DNA of 25,957 nt from a virus (IMGVR_UViG_2693429508_000004), one strand, 5' to 3'; positions 11,667 through 21,454 are shown, numbered from the stretch's first letter. The notes: a model not told the origin generated them from the sequence alone. Program-made: numbers and translations.

Positions 11667-14217
11667 ACCGGTAGGCGATCTGGTCGTTGATTTGAGTCTG
11701 GATGCGGCCAGATTTGACGAGCAGATGGCCAGAGTCAGGCGTCATTTTTCCGGTACGGAAAGTGATGCGAAAAAAACAGCGGCAGTCGTTGAACAGTCGC
11801 TGAGCCGACAGGCGCTGGCTGCACAGAAAGCGGGGATTTCCGTCGGGCAGTATAAAGCCGCCATGCGTATGCTGCCTGCACAGTTCACCGACGTGGCCAC
11901 GCAGCTTGCAGGGGGGCAGAATCCCTGGCTGATCCTGCTGCAACAGGGTGGTCAGGTTAAGGACTCCTTCGGCGGGATGATCCCCATGTTCAGGGGGCTT
12001 GCCGGCGCGATCACCCTGCCGATGGTGGGGGCCACCTCGCTGGCGGTGGCGACCGGTGCGCTGGCGTATGCCTGGTATCAGGGCAACTCAACCCTGTCCG
12101 ATTTCAACAAAACGCTGGTCCTTTCCGGTAATCAGGCGGGACTGACGGCAGATCGTATGCTGGTCCTGTCCAGAGCCGGGCAGGCGGCAGGGCTGACGTT
12201 TAACCAGACCAGCGAGTCACTCAGCGCACTGGTTAAGGCGGGGGTAAGCGGTGAGGCTCAGATTGCGTCCATCAGCCAGAGTGTGGCGCGTTTCTCCTCT
12301 GCATCCGGCGTGGAGGTGGACAAGGTCGCTGAAGCCTTCGGGAAGCTGACCACAGACCCGACGTCGGGGCTGACGGCGATGGCACGCCAGTTCCATAACG
12401 TGACGGCGGAGCAGATTGCGTATGTTGCTCAGTTGCAGCGTTCCGGCGATGAAGCCGGGGCATTGCAGGCGGCGAACGAGGCCGCAACGAAAGGGTTTGA
12501 TGACCAGACCCGCCGCCTGAAAGAGAACATGGGCACGCTGGAGACCTGGGCAGACAGGACTGCACGTGCATTCAAATCCATGTGGGATGCGGTGCTGGAT
12601 ATTGGTCGTCCTGATACCGCGCAGGAGATGCTGATTAAGGCAGAGGCTGCGTTTAAGAAAGCAGACGACATCTGGAATCTGCGCAAGGATGATTATTTCG
12701 TTAACGATGAAGCACGGGCGCGTTACTGGGATGATCGTGAAAAAAAACGCCTGGAGCGGGATGCAGCCCAAAAGAGGGTAGATCAACAGCGTCAACAGGA
12801 CAAAAATGCGCAGCAGCAGAGCGATACCGAAGCGTCACGGCTGAAATATACCGAAGAGGCGCAGAAGGCTTACGAACGGCTGCAGACGCCGCTGGAGAAA
12901 TATACCGCCCGTCAGGAAGAACTGAACAAGGCACTGAAAGACGGAAAAATCCTGCAGGCAGATTACAACACGCTGATGGCGGCGAAAAAGGATTATGAAG
13001 CGACGCTGAAAAAGCCGAAACAGTCCGGCGTGAAGGTGTATGCGGGCGATCGTCAGGAAGACAGTGCTCATGCGGCCCTGCTGACGCTTCAGGCAGAACT
13101 CCGGACGCTGGAGAAGCATGCCGGAGCGAATGAGAAAATCAGCCAGCAGCGCCGGGATTTGTGGAAGGCAGAAAGTCAGTTCGCGGTACTGGAGGAGGCG
13201 GCACAACGTCGCCAGCTGTCCGCACAGGAGAAATCCCTGCTGGCGCATAAAGACGAGACGCTGGAGTACAAACGCCAGCTGGCTGCACTTGGTGACAAGG
13301 TTACGTATCAGGAGCACCTGAATGCGCTGGCGCAGCAGGCGGATAAATTCGCACAGCAGCAACGGGCAAAACGGGCAGCCATTGATGCGAAAAACCGGGG
13401 GCTGACTGACCGGCAGGCAGCGCGGGAAGCCACGGAACAGCGCCTGAAGGAACAGTATGGCGATAATCCTCTGGCGCTGAATAACGTCATGTCAGAGCAG
13501 AAAAAGACCTGGGCGGCTGAAGACCAGCTTCGCGGGAGCTGGATGGCAGGCCTGAAGTCCGGCTGGAGTGAGTGGGAAGAGAGCGCCACGGACAGTATGT
13601 CACAGGTTAAAAGTGCAGCCACGCAGACCTTTGATGGTATTGCACAGAATATGGCGGCGATGCTGACCGGCAGTGAACAGAACTGGCGCAGCTTCACCCG
13701 CTCCGTGCTGTCCATGATGACAGAAATTCTGCTTAAGCAGGCAATGGTGGGGATTGTCGGGAGTATCGGCAGCGCCATTGGCGGGGCTGTTGGTGGCGGC
13801 GCATCCGCGTCAGGTGGTACAGCCATTCAGGCCGCTGCGGCGAAATTCCATTTTGCAACTGGGGGATTTACGGGAACCGGCGGCAAATATGAGCCAGCGG
13901 GGATTGTTCACCGTGGTGAATTTGTCTTCACGAAGGAGGCAACCAGCCGGATTGGCGTGGGGAATCTCTACCGGCTGATGCGCGGCTATGCGGAAGGTGG
14001 TTATGTGGGCGGTGCCGGAAGTCCGGCGCAGATGCGGCGGGCTGAAGGCATTAATTTTAATCAGAACAATCACGTGGTGATTCAGAACGACGGCCCCAAC
14101 GGGCGGGCAGGGCCGCAGCTGATGAAAGCGGTGTATGAGATGGCCCGCAAGGGGGCACAGGATGAACTCCGGCTGCAGTTGCGTGATGGCGGTATGTTAT
14201 CAGGGAGCGGTGGATGA
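11659..14217 (+). CDS. H: Tail tape measure protein H
   Basis: 852 aa, MAEPVGDLVVDLSLDAARFDEQMARVRRHFSGTESDAKKTAAVVEQ..., with long coiled-coil-like Q/A/K/E-rich middle and glycine-rich C-terminal region; lambda gpH position and size (853 aa recalled). Confidence 0.96.
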   Translation: MAEPVGDLVVDLSLDAARFDEQMARVRRHFSGTESDAKKTAAVVEQSLSRQALAAQKAGISVGQYKAAMRMLPAQFTDVATQLAGGQNPWLILLQQGGQVKDSFGGMIPMFRGLAGAITLPMVGATSLAVATGALAYAWYQGNSTLSDFNKTLVLSGNQAGLTADRMLVLSRAGQAAGLTFNQTSESLSALVKAGVSGEAQIASISQSVARFSSASGVEVDKVAEAFGKLTTDPTSGLTAMARQFHNVTAEQIAYVAQLQRSGDEAGALQAANEAATKGFDDQTRRLKENMGTLETWADRTARAFKSMWDAVLDIGRPDTAQEMLIKAEAAFKKADDIWNLRKDDYFVNDEARARYWDDREKKRLERDAAQKRVDQQRQQDKNAQQQSDTEASRLKYTEEAQKAYERLQTPLEKYTARQEELNKALKDGKILQADYNTLMAAKKDYEATLKKPKQSGVKVYAGDRQEDSAHAALLTLQAELRTLEKHAGANEKISQQRRDLWKAESQFAVLEEAAQRRQLSAQEKSLLAHKDETLEYKRQLAALGDKVTYQEHLNALAQQADKFAQQQRAKRAAIDAKNRGLTDRQAAREATEQRLKEQYGDNPLALNNVMSEQKKTWAAEDQLRGSWMAGLKSGWSEWEESATDSMSQVKSAATQTFDGIAQNMAAMLTGSEQNWRSFTRSVLSMMTEILLKQAMVGIVGSIGSAIGGAVGGGASASGGTAIQAAAAKFHFATGGFTGTGGKYEPAGIVHRGEFVFTKEATSRIGVGNLYRLMRGYAEGGYVGGAGSPAQMRRAEGINFNQNNHVVIQNDGPNGRAGPQLMKAVYEMARKGAQDELRLQLRDGGMLSGSGG

Positions 14218-14543
14218 AAACCTTTCGCTGGAAAGTGAAGCCGGATATGGAGGTGAACTCGCAGCCATCGGTGCGTGAAGTGCGTTTTGGTGACGGGTAC
14301 TCACAGCGTATGGCGGCAGGGCTGAATGCTGACCTGAAAACATACAGGGTGACGCTTTCCGTGACCCGGGAGGAGGCCCGGCATCTGGAAGCGTTCCTGG
14401 CAGAGCACGGTGGCTGGAAGGCATTTTTGTGGAAGCCACCCTATGCATACCGGCAGATAAAGGTGACCTGTGCCGGGTGGTCTGCGCGGGTCGGGATGTT
14501 GCGCGTTGAGTTCAGCGCGGAGTTTAAGCAGGTGGTGAACTGA
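14214..14543 (+). CDS. M: Tail tip protein M
   Basis: 109 aa, MKTFRWKVKPDMEVNSQPSVREVRFGDGYSQRMAAGLNADLKTYRVTLSV...; matches lambda gpM. Confidence 0.95.
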   Translation: MKTFRWKVKPDMEVNSQPSVREVRFGDGYSQRMAAGLNADLKTYRVTLSVTREEARHLEAFLAEHGGWKAFLWKPPYAYRQIKVTCAGWSARVGMLRVEFSAEFKQVVN

Positions 14544-15241
14544 TGCAGGATATTCGCGAAGAAAGTCTGAACGAGTCGGTTAAGTCAGAGCAGTCACCGC
14601 GGGTGGTACTCTGGGAAATCGACCTGACGGTACAGGGTGGTGAGCGGTATTTTTTCTGTAATGAGCTGAATGAAAAAGGGGAGCCGGTCACCTGGCAGGG
14701 GCGTAAGTATGAGGCATACCCGATTGACGGCAGCGGCTTTGAGATGAACGGCCGGGGCAGCAGTGCCAGACCGTCGCTGACGGTGTCCAATCTGTTCGGT
14801 CTGGTCACCGGGATGGCGGAAGACCTGCAGAGTCTGGTGGGGGCCACGGTGGTCCGCCGCCGGGTGTATGCCCGTTTTCTGGATGCGGTGAATTTCGTTG
14901 CGGGCAATCCGGAGGCGGACCCGGAGCAGGAGCTGAGTGACCGCTGGGTGGTGGAGCAGATGTCGCAGCTGACAGCCATGACGGCCTCGTTTGTGCTGGC
15001 TACACCGACCGAGACGGACGGGGCGCTGTTTCCCGGTCGCATCATGCTGGCGAACACCTGTATGTGGGATTACCGGGGAGATGAATGCGGGTATAACGGT
15101 CCTGCGGTGGCGGATGAGTTCGACAACCCCACCACGGATATCCGTAAGGACAGATGCAGCAAGTGCATGCGCGGGTGTGAACTGCGCAGGAATGTCGGCA
15201 ATTTTGGCGGTTTCCTTTCCATTAATAAACTTTCGCAGTAA
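14543..15241 (+). CDS. L: Tail tip protein L
   Basis: 232 aa, MQDIREESLNESVKSEQSPRVVLWEIDLTVQGGERYFFCNELNEKGEPVTWQGRKYEAYP...; contains the C-terminal cysteine cluster; matches lambda gpL. Confidence 0.95.
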   Translation: MQDIREESLNESVKSEQSPRVVLWEIDLTVQGGERYFFCNELNEKGEPVTWQGRKYEAYPIDGSGFEMNGRGSSARPSLTVSNLFGLVTGMAEDLQSLVGATVVRRRVYARFLDAVNFVAGNPEADPEQELSDRWVVEQMSQLTAMTASFVLATPTETDGALFPGRIMLANTCMWDYRGDECGYNGPAVADEFDNPTTDIRKDRCSKCMRGCELRRNVGNFGGFLSINKLSQ

Positions 15242-15251
15242 ATCCCGGTTT

Positions 15252-15995
15252 ATGACACAGACTGAATCAGCGATTCTGGCACATGCCCGGCGGTGTGCGC
15301 CTGCGGAGTCGTGCGGCTTCGTGATAAGCACGCCGGAGGGGGAGCGGTATATCCCTTGTGTGAATATTTCCGCAGAGCCGGAGGCGTATTTTCGTATCGC
15401 ACCGGAAGACTGGCTGCGGGCAGAGATGCAGGGGGAGATTGTGGCACTGGTCCACAGTCATCCCGGTGGGCTGCCCTGGCTGAGCGAGGCTGACCGGCGG
15501 TTGCAGATAAAAAGCGCACTGCCCTGGTGGTTGGTCTGCCGGGGTGACATTCACAAATTCCGCTGTGTGCCACATCTGACAGGACGGCGCTTTGAGCACG
15601 GGGTGACGGACTGTTACACGCTGTTCCGGGATGCTTATCATCTGGCGGGGACTGAAATGCCGGATTTTCATCGCGAGGATGACTGGTGGCGCAACGGTCA
15701 GAACCTTTACCTGGACAATATGGCGGTCACCGGCTTTTACCGGGTGCCCCTGTCCTCTGCACAGGCGGGCGATATTCTGCTGTGCTGCTTTGGTGCTTCG
15801 GTACCGAACCATGCCGCCATTTACTGCGGCAACGGTGAGCTGCTTCACCATCTGCCTGAACAACTGAGTAAACGGGAGAGGTATTCCGAAAAATGGCAAC
15901 GACGAACGCATTCAGTCTGGCGTCACCGCCACTGGCACGCATCTGCCTTCACGGGGATTTACAACGATTTGGCCGCCGCCTCAGCCTGTATGTGA
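15252..15995 (+). CDS. K: Tail tip assembly protein K (MPN/JAMM-like plus NlpC/P60-like motifs)
   Basis: From ATG 15252: MTQTESAILAHARRCAPAESCGFV...ALVHSHPGGLPWLSEADRR (JAMM-like HxH...S..D) and GVTDCYTLFRDAYH (NlpC/P60-like Cys). Overlaps the start of I by about 100 nt. Confidence 0.85.
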   Translation: MTQTESAILAHARRCAPAESCGFVISTPEGERYIPCVNISAEPEAYFRIAPEDWLRAEMQGEIVALVHSHPGGLPWLSEADRRLQIKSALPWWLVCRGDIHKFRCVPHLTGRRFEHGVTDCYTLFRDAYHLAGTEMPDFHREDDWWRNGQNLYLDNMAVTGFYRVPLSSAQAGDILLCCFGASVPNHAAIYCGNGELLHHLPEQLSKRERYSEKWQRRTHSVWRHRHWHASAFTGIYNDLAAASACM

Positions 15996-16573
15996 ACACG
16001 GCAGCGGAAGCCATTCGCGCCCTGTCGATGCAGATGCCGGGCTTTCGCCGTCAGATGAACGAAGGCTGGTACCAGATACGTATTGCCGGTTATGACACGG
16101 CACCGGAGGCGGTGTACGCCCGTCTTCACGAACAGCTGGGTGAGGGAACGGTCATCCACATTGTGCCGCGACTGGCCGGGGCCGGAAAGGGTGGACTGCA
16201 GATTGTGCTGGGGGCGGCAGCCATCGTGGGCTCTTTCTTCACTGCCGGGGCATCAATGGCGTTATGGGGTTCAGCCCTGGCAGCCGGTGGTTTTTCTGCC
16301 ACCACGATGCTGTTTTCACTTGGAGCCAGCATGATTCTGGGCGGTGTGGCCCAGATGCTGGCCCCGAAGGCAAAAACACCGGATTACCGCGCAACGGATA
16401 ACGGCAGACAGAACACGTACTTTTCCTCACTGGATAACATGATTGCCCAGGGGAACCCGATGCCGGTGCCTTACGGGGAAATGCTGGTTGGCTCCCGCCG
16501 TATATCCCAGGACATCAGCACCCGTGATGAAGGCGGGGGCGGAAAGGTCGTGGTTATCGGGCGGCAGGGGTAA
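15893..16573 (+). CDS. I: Tail tip assembly protein I
   Basis: 226 aa, MATTNAFSLASPPLARICLHGDLQRFGRRLSLYVNTAAEAIRALSMQMPGFRRQMNEGWYQIRIAG... with hydrophobic glycine-rich C-terminal half; lambda gpI homolog, somewhat diverged. Confidence 0.9.
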   Translation: MATTNAFSLASPPLARICLHGDLQRFGRRLSLYVNTAAEAIRALSMQMPGFRRQMNEGWYQIRIAGYDTAPEAVYARLHEQLGEGTVIHIVPRLAGAGKGGLQIVLGAAAIVGSFFTAGASMALWGSALAAGGFSATTMLFSLGASMILGGVAQMLAPKAKTPDYRATDNGRQNTYFSSLDNMIAQGNPMPVPYGEMLVGSRRISQDISTRDEGGGGKVVVIGRQG

Positions 16574-16577
16574 AAAG

Positions 16578-16619
16578 AATAAAAAAATCCCGCAGTGATC
16601 GCGGACAGGAACTGCGGGA
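16578..16619 (-). terminator. Minus-strand intrinsic terminator immediately after the I stop
   Basis: Plus-strand TCCCGCAG (16588-16595) pairs with CTGCGGGA (16612-16619), with a 16-nt loop. On the minus strand the stem is followed by TTTTTTT (plus A-run 16581-16587). Confidence 0.45.
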
Positions 16620-16677
16620 GAGTTACGAAGATTAAGTGTAAGGAATTATTCTTATATCACGACAAAAAAATTAACGC
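16578..16677 (-). ncRNA. Candidate ~100-nt small RNA (promoter-to-terminator unit with no ATG-initiated ORF)
   Basis: Bounded by the minus-strand promoter-like element at 16684-16711 and the terminator at 16578-16619. The minus-strand sequence between them has no ATG. Prediction only. Confidence 0.3.
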
Positions 16678-16683
16678 AGAGAA

Positions 16684-16711
16684 ATTATACGCGCCACAGT
16701 CAGTTTGTGAA
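16684..16711 (-). promoter_or_regulatory. sigma70-like promoter on the minus strand (TTCACA - 16 nt - TATAAT)
   Basis: Minus strand reads TTCACAAACTGACTGTGGCGCGTATAAT; perfect -10 hexamer (plus 16684-16689), 5/6 match at -35 (plus 16706-16711). Confidence 0.4.
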
Positions 16712-16779
16712 AATGTGAAGATATTCAGAATTTTTATGCCATTACCGGTTTTAACCAACAGGATTATCGGTGGGCATGA

Positions 16780-16819
16780 AAGAAAACCCCGGTATCTGCT
16801 GATACCGGGGTTTCTCTTT
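16780..16819. terminator. Bidirectional-looking intrinsic terminator hairpin upstream of J
   Basis: Perfect 10-bp stem CCCCGGTATC (16787-16796) / GATACCGGGG (16801-16810) with 4-nt loop; TTTCTCTTT follows on the plus strand and TTTTCTTTC on the minus strand. Confidence 0.5.
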
Positions 16820-16916
16820 AGCATGGCAGAAATGTGTTTCATGCTTTTCGGGCGAAGGATATCCGACTTCTGTACGGAATGGCAAGTGGCGGTTAATTTA
16901 TTCAGGGGAAGGCTGT

Positions 16917-19900
16917 ATGGGAAAAGGTGGCGGTAAGGCACACACGCCTCGTGAGGCGAAGGATAATCTCAAATCCACGCAGATGATGAGCGTGATTGAT
17001 GCGATTGGTGAGGGACCGATAGAAGGTCCGGTGAAGGGACTGCAGAGTATCCTGGTGAACAAAACCCCGCTGACGGACACGGACGGTAATCCCGTGATAC
17101 ACGGTGTGACGGCGGTCTGACGCGCCGGGGAGCAGGAGCAGACACCACCGGAAGGCTTTGAGTCCTCCGGTGCTGAAACCGGACTGGGCGTGGAAGTGAC
17201 GAAGGCAAAACCGGTGACGCGCACCATTACGTCCGCGAACATTGACCGCCTGCGGGTTACCTTCGGGGTGCAGTCACTGGTGCAGACCACGTCAAAGGGT
17301 GACCGAAACCCGACATCCGTCCGCCTGCTGATTCAGTTACAGCGTAACGGTAACTGGGTGACAGAAAAGGATGTCACCATTAACGGCAAGACCACCTCGC
17401 AGTTTCTGGCGTCGGTGATTCTGGATAATCTGCCTCCCCGTCCTTTTAACATCCGGATGGTCCGGGAGACAGCGGACAGCACCACGGACCAGCTGCAGAA
17501 TAAGACGCTGTGGTCGTCATACACCGAAATCATCGATGTGAAACAGTGCTACCCGAACACGGCCATTGTGGGGCTGCAGGTGGATGCGGAGCAGTTCGGC
17601 GGCCAGCAGATGACGGTGAACTACCATATCCGCGGTCGCATCATCCAGGTGCCGTCAAACTATGACCCGGAAAAACGCACGTACAGTGGTATCTGGGACG
17701 GCAGCCTGAAACCGGCATACAGCAACAATCCGGCCTGGTGTCTGTGGGACATGCTGACTCACCCGCGCTACGGCATGGGAAAACGTCTGGGGGCGGCGGA
17801 TGTGGACAAGTGGGCGCTGTATGCCATCGGGCAGTACTGCGACCAGACGGTCCCGGATGGTTTCGGGGAGACCGAGCCGCGGATGACCTTCAATGCGTAC
17901 CTGGCACAACAGCGTAAGGCATGGGACGTGCTCAGTGATTTCTGCTCGGCGATGCGCTGTATGCCGGTATGGAACGGCCAGACGCTGACGTTTGTTCAGG
18001 ACCGCCCGTCGGATGTGGTGTGGCCGTACACCAACAGCGATGTGGTGGTGGATGATAACGGCGTGGGTTTCCGCTACAGCTTCAGTGCCCTGAAGGACCG
18101 GCACACGGCGGTGGAGGTGAATTATACCGACCCGCAGAACGGCTGGCAGACCTCCACGGAACTGGTGGAAGACCCGGAAGCCATACTGCGCTACGGACGC
18201 AACCTGCTGAAGATGGACGCGTTCGGCTGTACCAGCCGCGGTCAGGCCCACCGTGCCGGACTGTGGGTGATAAAGACCGAACTGCTGGAAACGCAGACGG
18301 TGGATTTCACGCTCGGGTCTCAGGGGCTGCGGCACACACCCGGTGACATCATTGAAATCTGTGATAACGACTATGCCGGGACCCTGACCGGCGGACGTGT
18401 CCTGTCCATTGATGCTGCCACCCGCACTCTGACGCTGGACCGTGAAGTGACACTTCCGGAGACCGGTGCCGCCACGGTGAACCTGATTAACGGCAGCGGT
18501 AAGCCGGTGAGTGTGGACATCACCGAACACCCCGCGCCGGACCGGATACAGGTCAGTACCCTGCCTGATGGTGTGGAGACATACGGGGTGTGGGGACTCT
18601 CCCTGCCGTCACTGCGCCGTCGCCTGTTCCGCTGTGTCTCCGTCCGGGAAAACACGGACGGCACCTTTGCCATCACGGCGGTGCAGCACGTACTGGAAAA
18701 AGAAGCCATCGTGGATAACGGTGCCCGCTTTGAGCCGCAGTCAGGTTCCCTGAACAGCGTCATCCCACCGGCAGTGCAGCACCTGACGGCCAGTATCTGG
18801 CGCAGGCGAAATGGGACACGCCGCGGGTGGTGAAGGGTGTGCGCTTCAGTCTGCGCCTGACCAGTGGTAAGGGAACGGATGCCAGACTGGTGACCACCGC
18901 CATCACCGCAGACACGGAGCACCGTTTCAGCGGCCTGCCGCTCGGGGAATACACCCTGACGGTGCGGGCGATAAACAGCTATGGCCAGCAGGGTGAACCT
19001 GCCACCACCACCTTCCGGATTGCCGCACCGGCAGCACCGTCGCGGATTGAGCTGACGCCGGGCTATTTTCAGATAACCGCAACGCCGCATCTTGCCGTTT
19101 ATGACCCGACGGTACAGTTTGAGTTCTGGTTCTCGGAAAAGCGGATTGCGGATATCAGGCAGGTTGAAACCAGCGCCCGCTATCTTGGCACGGCGCTGTA
19201 CTGGATAGCCGCCAGTATCAATATCAAACCGGGCCATGATTATTACTTTTATATCCGCAGTGTGAACACCGTTGGCAAATCGGCATTCGTGGAGGCTGTC
19301 GGTCGGGCGAGCGATGATGCGGAAGGTTACCTGGATTTTTTCAAAGGAGAGATAGGGAAAACACATCTGGCTCAGGAGCTGTGGACGCAGATTGATAACG
19401 GTCAGCTTGCGCCTGACCTGGCTGAAATCAGGACGTCCATTACGGATGTCAGCAATGAAATCACGCAGACTGTCAATAAGAAACTGAAAGACCAGAGTGC
19501 GGCAATCCNNNNNGTCGCGGATTGAGCTGACGCCGGGCTATTTTCAGATAACCGCCACGCCGCATCTTGCGGTTTATGATCCGACGGTACAGTTTGAGTT
19601 CTGGTTCTCGGAAAAGCGGATTGCGGATATCAGGCAGGTTGAAACCACAGCACGCTATCTTGGCACGGCGCTGTACTGGATAGCCGCCAGTATCAATATC
19701 AAACCGGGCCATGATTATTATTTTTACGTTCGCAGTGTGAACACCGTTGGCAAATCGGCATTCGTGGAGGCTGTTGGTCAGCCGAGTGATGATGCATCCG
19801 GTTATCTGGATTTTTTCAAAGGCGAGATAGGGAAAACCCATCTGGCTCAGGAGCTGTGGACGCAGATTGATAACGGTCAGCTTGCGCCTGACCTGGCTGA

Positions 19901-20861
19901 AATCAGGACGTCCATTACGGATGTCAGCAATGAAATCACGCAGACCGTCAATAAGAAACTGGAAGACCAGAGTGCGGCAATTCAGCAGATACAGAAGGTT
20001 CAGGTTGATACAAATAATAACCTGAACAGCATGTGGGCTGTGAAGCTGCAGCAGATGCAGGACGGACGCCTTTATATCGCGGGTATTGGTGCCGGTATTG
20101 AGAACACCCCTGACGGCATGCAGAGTCAGGTGCTGCTGGCGGCGGACAGGATTGCGATGGTTAATCCTGCGAATGGCAACACAAAACCGATGTTTGTTGG
20201 TCAGGGCGATCAGATATTCATGAACGACGTGTTCCTGAAATGCCTGACGGCCCCCACCATTACCAGCGGTGGAAATCCATCGGCATTTTCCCTGACTCCG
20301 GACGGAAAGCTGACCGCTAAAAATGCGGATATCAGTGGCAGTGTGAATGCGAACGCCGGGACGCTCAACAATGTCACGGTAAATGAAAACTGTACGATTA
20401 AGGGCATGCTGGAGGCGACTCAGGTCAGAGGTGACTTCGTTAAAGCTGTATCCAAATCATTTCCGAAACAGGCTGGTACGTGGGGTAACACGGAAACACC
20501 AAACGGGACGGTTACAGTCACCATAAGCGATGATCATAACTTTGACCGCCAGATTATTATTCCGCCCATTATTTTTAACGGTATAGCGTATGACGATCCG
20601 GGGAGCGGAAATAACCCAGGAGGCACGCGATACACGGGTTATGGTTTTGAAGTTCGCAAAAACGGCGTATTAATCGCATCCAGAGAAACTAAAGGTGCCA
20701 TTCCCGGTAGTTACAGTGCAGTTATTGATATGCCTAGTGGTGGTGGTAGCGTCACTCTGGAGTTTAAGATTTTCCAGAAAGGCAATCAGGGGGCAGGCAA
20801 TATCACCGACTGTACGGTGATTGTGACCAAAAAAGCGGCTTCCGGCATCAGTATTCGTTGA
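16917..20861 (+). pseudogene. J: Central tail fibre / host specificity protein J, interrupted (in-frame TGA, frameshift, gap-flanked duplication)
   Basis: Four consecutive track ORFs (16917..17120, 17190..18833, 18827..19525, 19497..20861) together cover a lambda gpJ-like protein: MGKGGGKAHTPREAKDNLKSTQ..., ...ITAVQHVLEKEAIVDNG..., ...[39 protein letters not shown]..., ...[44 protein letters not shown].... The C-terminal ~200 aa differ from lambda as recalled. Confidence 0.85.
19509..19513. other. Assembly gap (5 N) inside J between two diverged ~470-bp direct repeats
   Basis: nnnnn in the sequence; 19039-19508 and 19514-19983 are about 97 percent identical by eye. Confidence 0.99.
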
Positions 20862-20883
20862 AATATTTATAACCCCAATAAAT

Positions 20884-20907
20884 GGCGTCAGGAATGACGC
20901 CTTTTTT
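20884..20907 (+). terminator. Intrinsic terminator after J, upstream of lom
   Basis: GGCGTCA-GGAA-TGACGCC followed by TTTTTT. Confidence 0.6.
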
Positions 20908-20931
20908 ATTGCAGAAAAGCGAGAGGTAATT

Positions 20932-21454
20932 ATGCGTAAAGTTTGTGCAGCCATTTTGTCCGCAGCCATTTGCCTGGCCGTATCCGGTGCGCCTGCATGG
21001 GCGTCTGAACATCAGTCCACGCTGAGCGCGGGGTATCTTCATGCCCGGACCAACGTTCCCGGCAGTGATGATCTGAACGGGATTAACGTGAAATACCGTT
21101 ATGAGTTTACGGATACGCTGGGGCTGGTGACGTCATTCAGCTATGCAGGAGACAAGAATCGCCAGCTGACCCGTTACAGCGATACCCGCTGGCATGAAGA
21201 TTCCGTGCGTAACCGCTGGTTCAGCGTGATGGCGGGGCCGTCTGTGCGCGTGAATGAATGGTTCAGCGCGTATGCGATGGCGGGTGTGGCTTACAGCCGT
21301 GTGTCGACTTTTTCCGGGGATTATATCCGCGTAACTGACAATAAGGGGAAAACGCACGATGTGCTGACCGGAAGTGATGACGGTCGCCACAGCAACACGT
21401 CTCTGGCGCACTGACGGTTTCATCGTGGGTGTCGGTTATAAATTCTGATTAGCC
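20932..21454 (+). pseudogene. lom: Lom/Ail/PagC-family outer membrane protein gene, apparently frameshifted near the 3' end
   Basis: Track ORF 20932..21414: MRKVCAAILSAAICLAVSGAPAWASEHQ...GINVKYRYEFTDTLG...AYAMAGVAYSRV... (signal peptide plus Lom-like core), stop at 21412-21414. The family-typical C-terminal strand ...WRTDGFIVGVGYKF* is encoded in the +1 frame at 21404-21454. GAGAGG Shine-Dalgarno-like motif at 20921-20926. Confidence 0.7.

Noticed and set aside
12217-13826. Minus-strand ORFs inside H (12217..12795, 12835..13362, 13308..13826)
   Set aside because: Antisense to the tape measure gene; Leu/Arg-rich products typical of reverse-strand translation of Ala/Gln/Glu-rich coding sequence.
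14991-15251. N-terminal extension of the K ORF (track start 14991)
   Set aside because: The extension overlaps L in another frame; the ATG at 15252 directly after the L stop begins the conserved K sequence MTQTESAILAH....
16595-16941. Track ORFs 16595..16936 (+, 113 aa) and 16657..16941 (-, 94 aa) in the I-J spacer
   Set aside because: Both read straight through strong hairpin/terminator structures and the J start region, have no ribosome-binding site, and have odd composition. The region is better explained as non-coding (promoter, sRNA candidate, terminators).
17655-19841. Minus-strand ORFs inside J (17655..18530, 18371..19366, 19473..19841)
   Set aside because: Antisense to J; the third is a repeat of part of the second, caused by the gap-flanked duplication.
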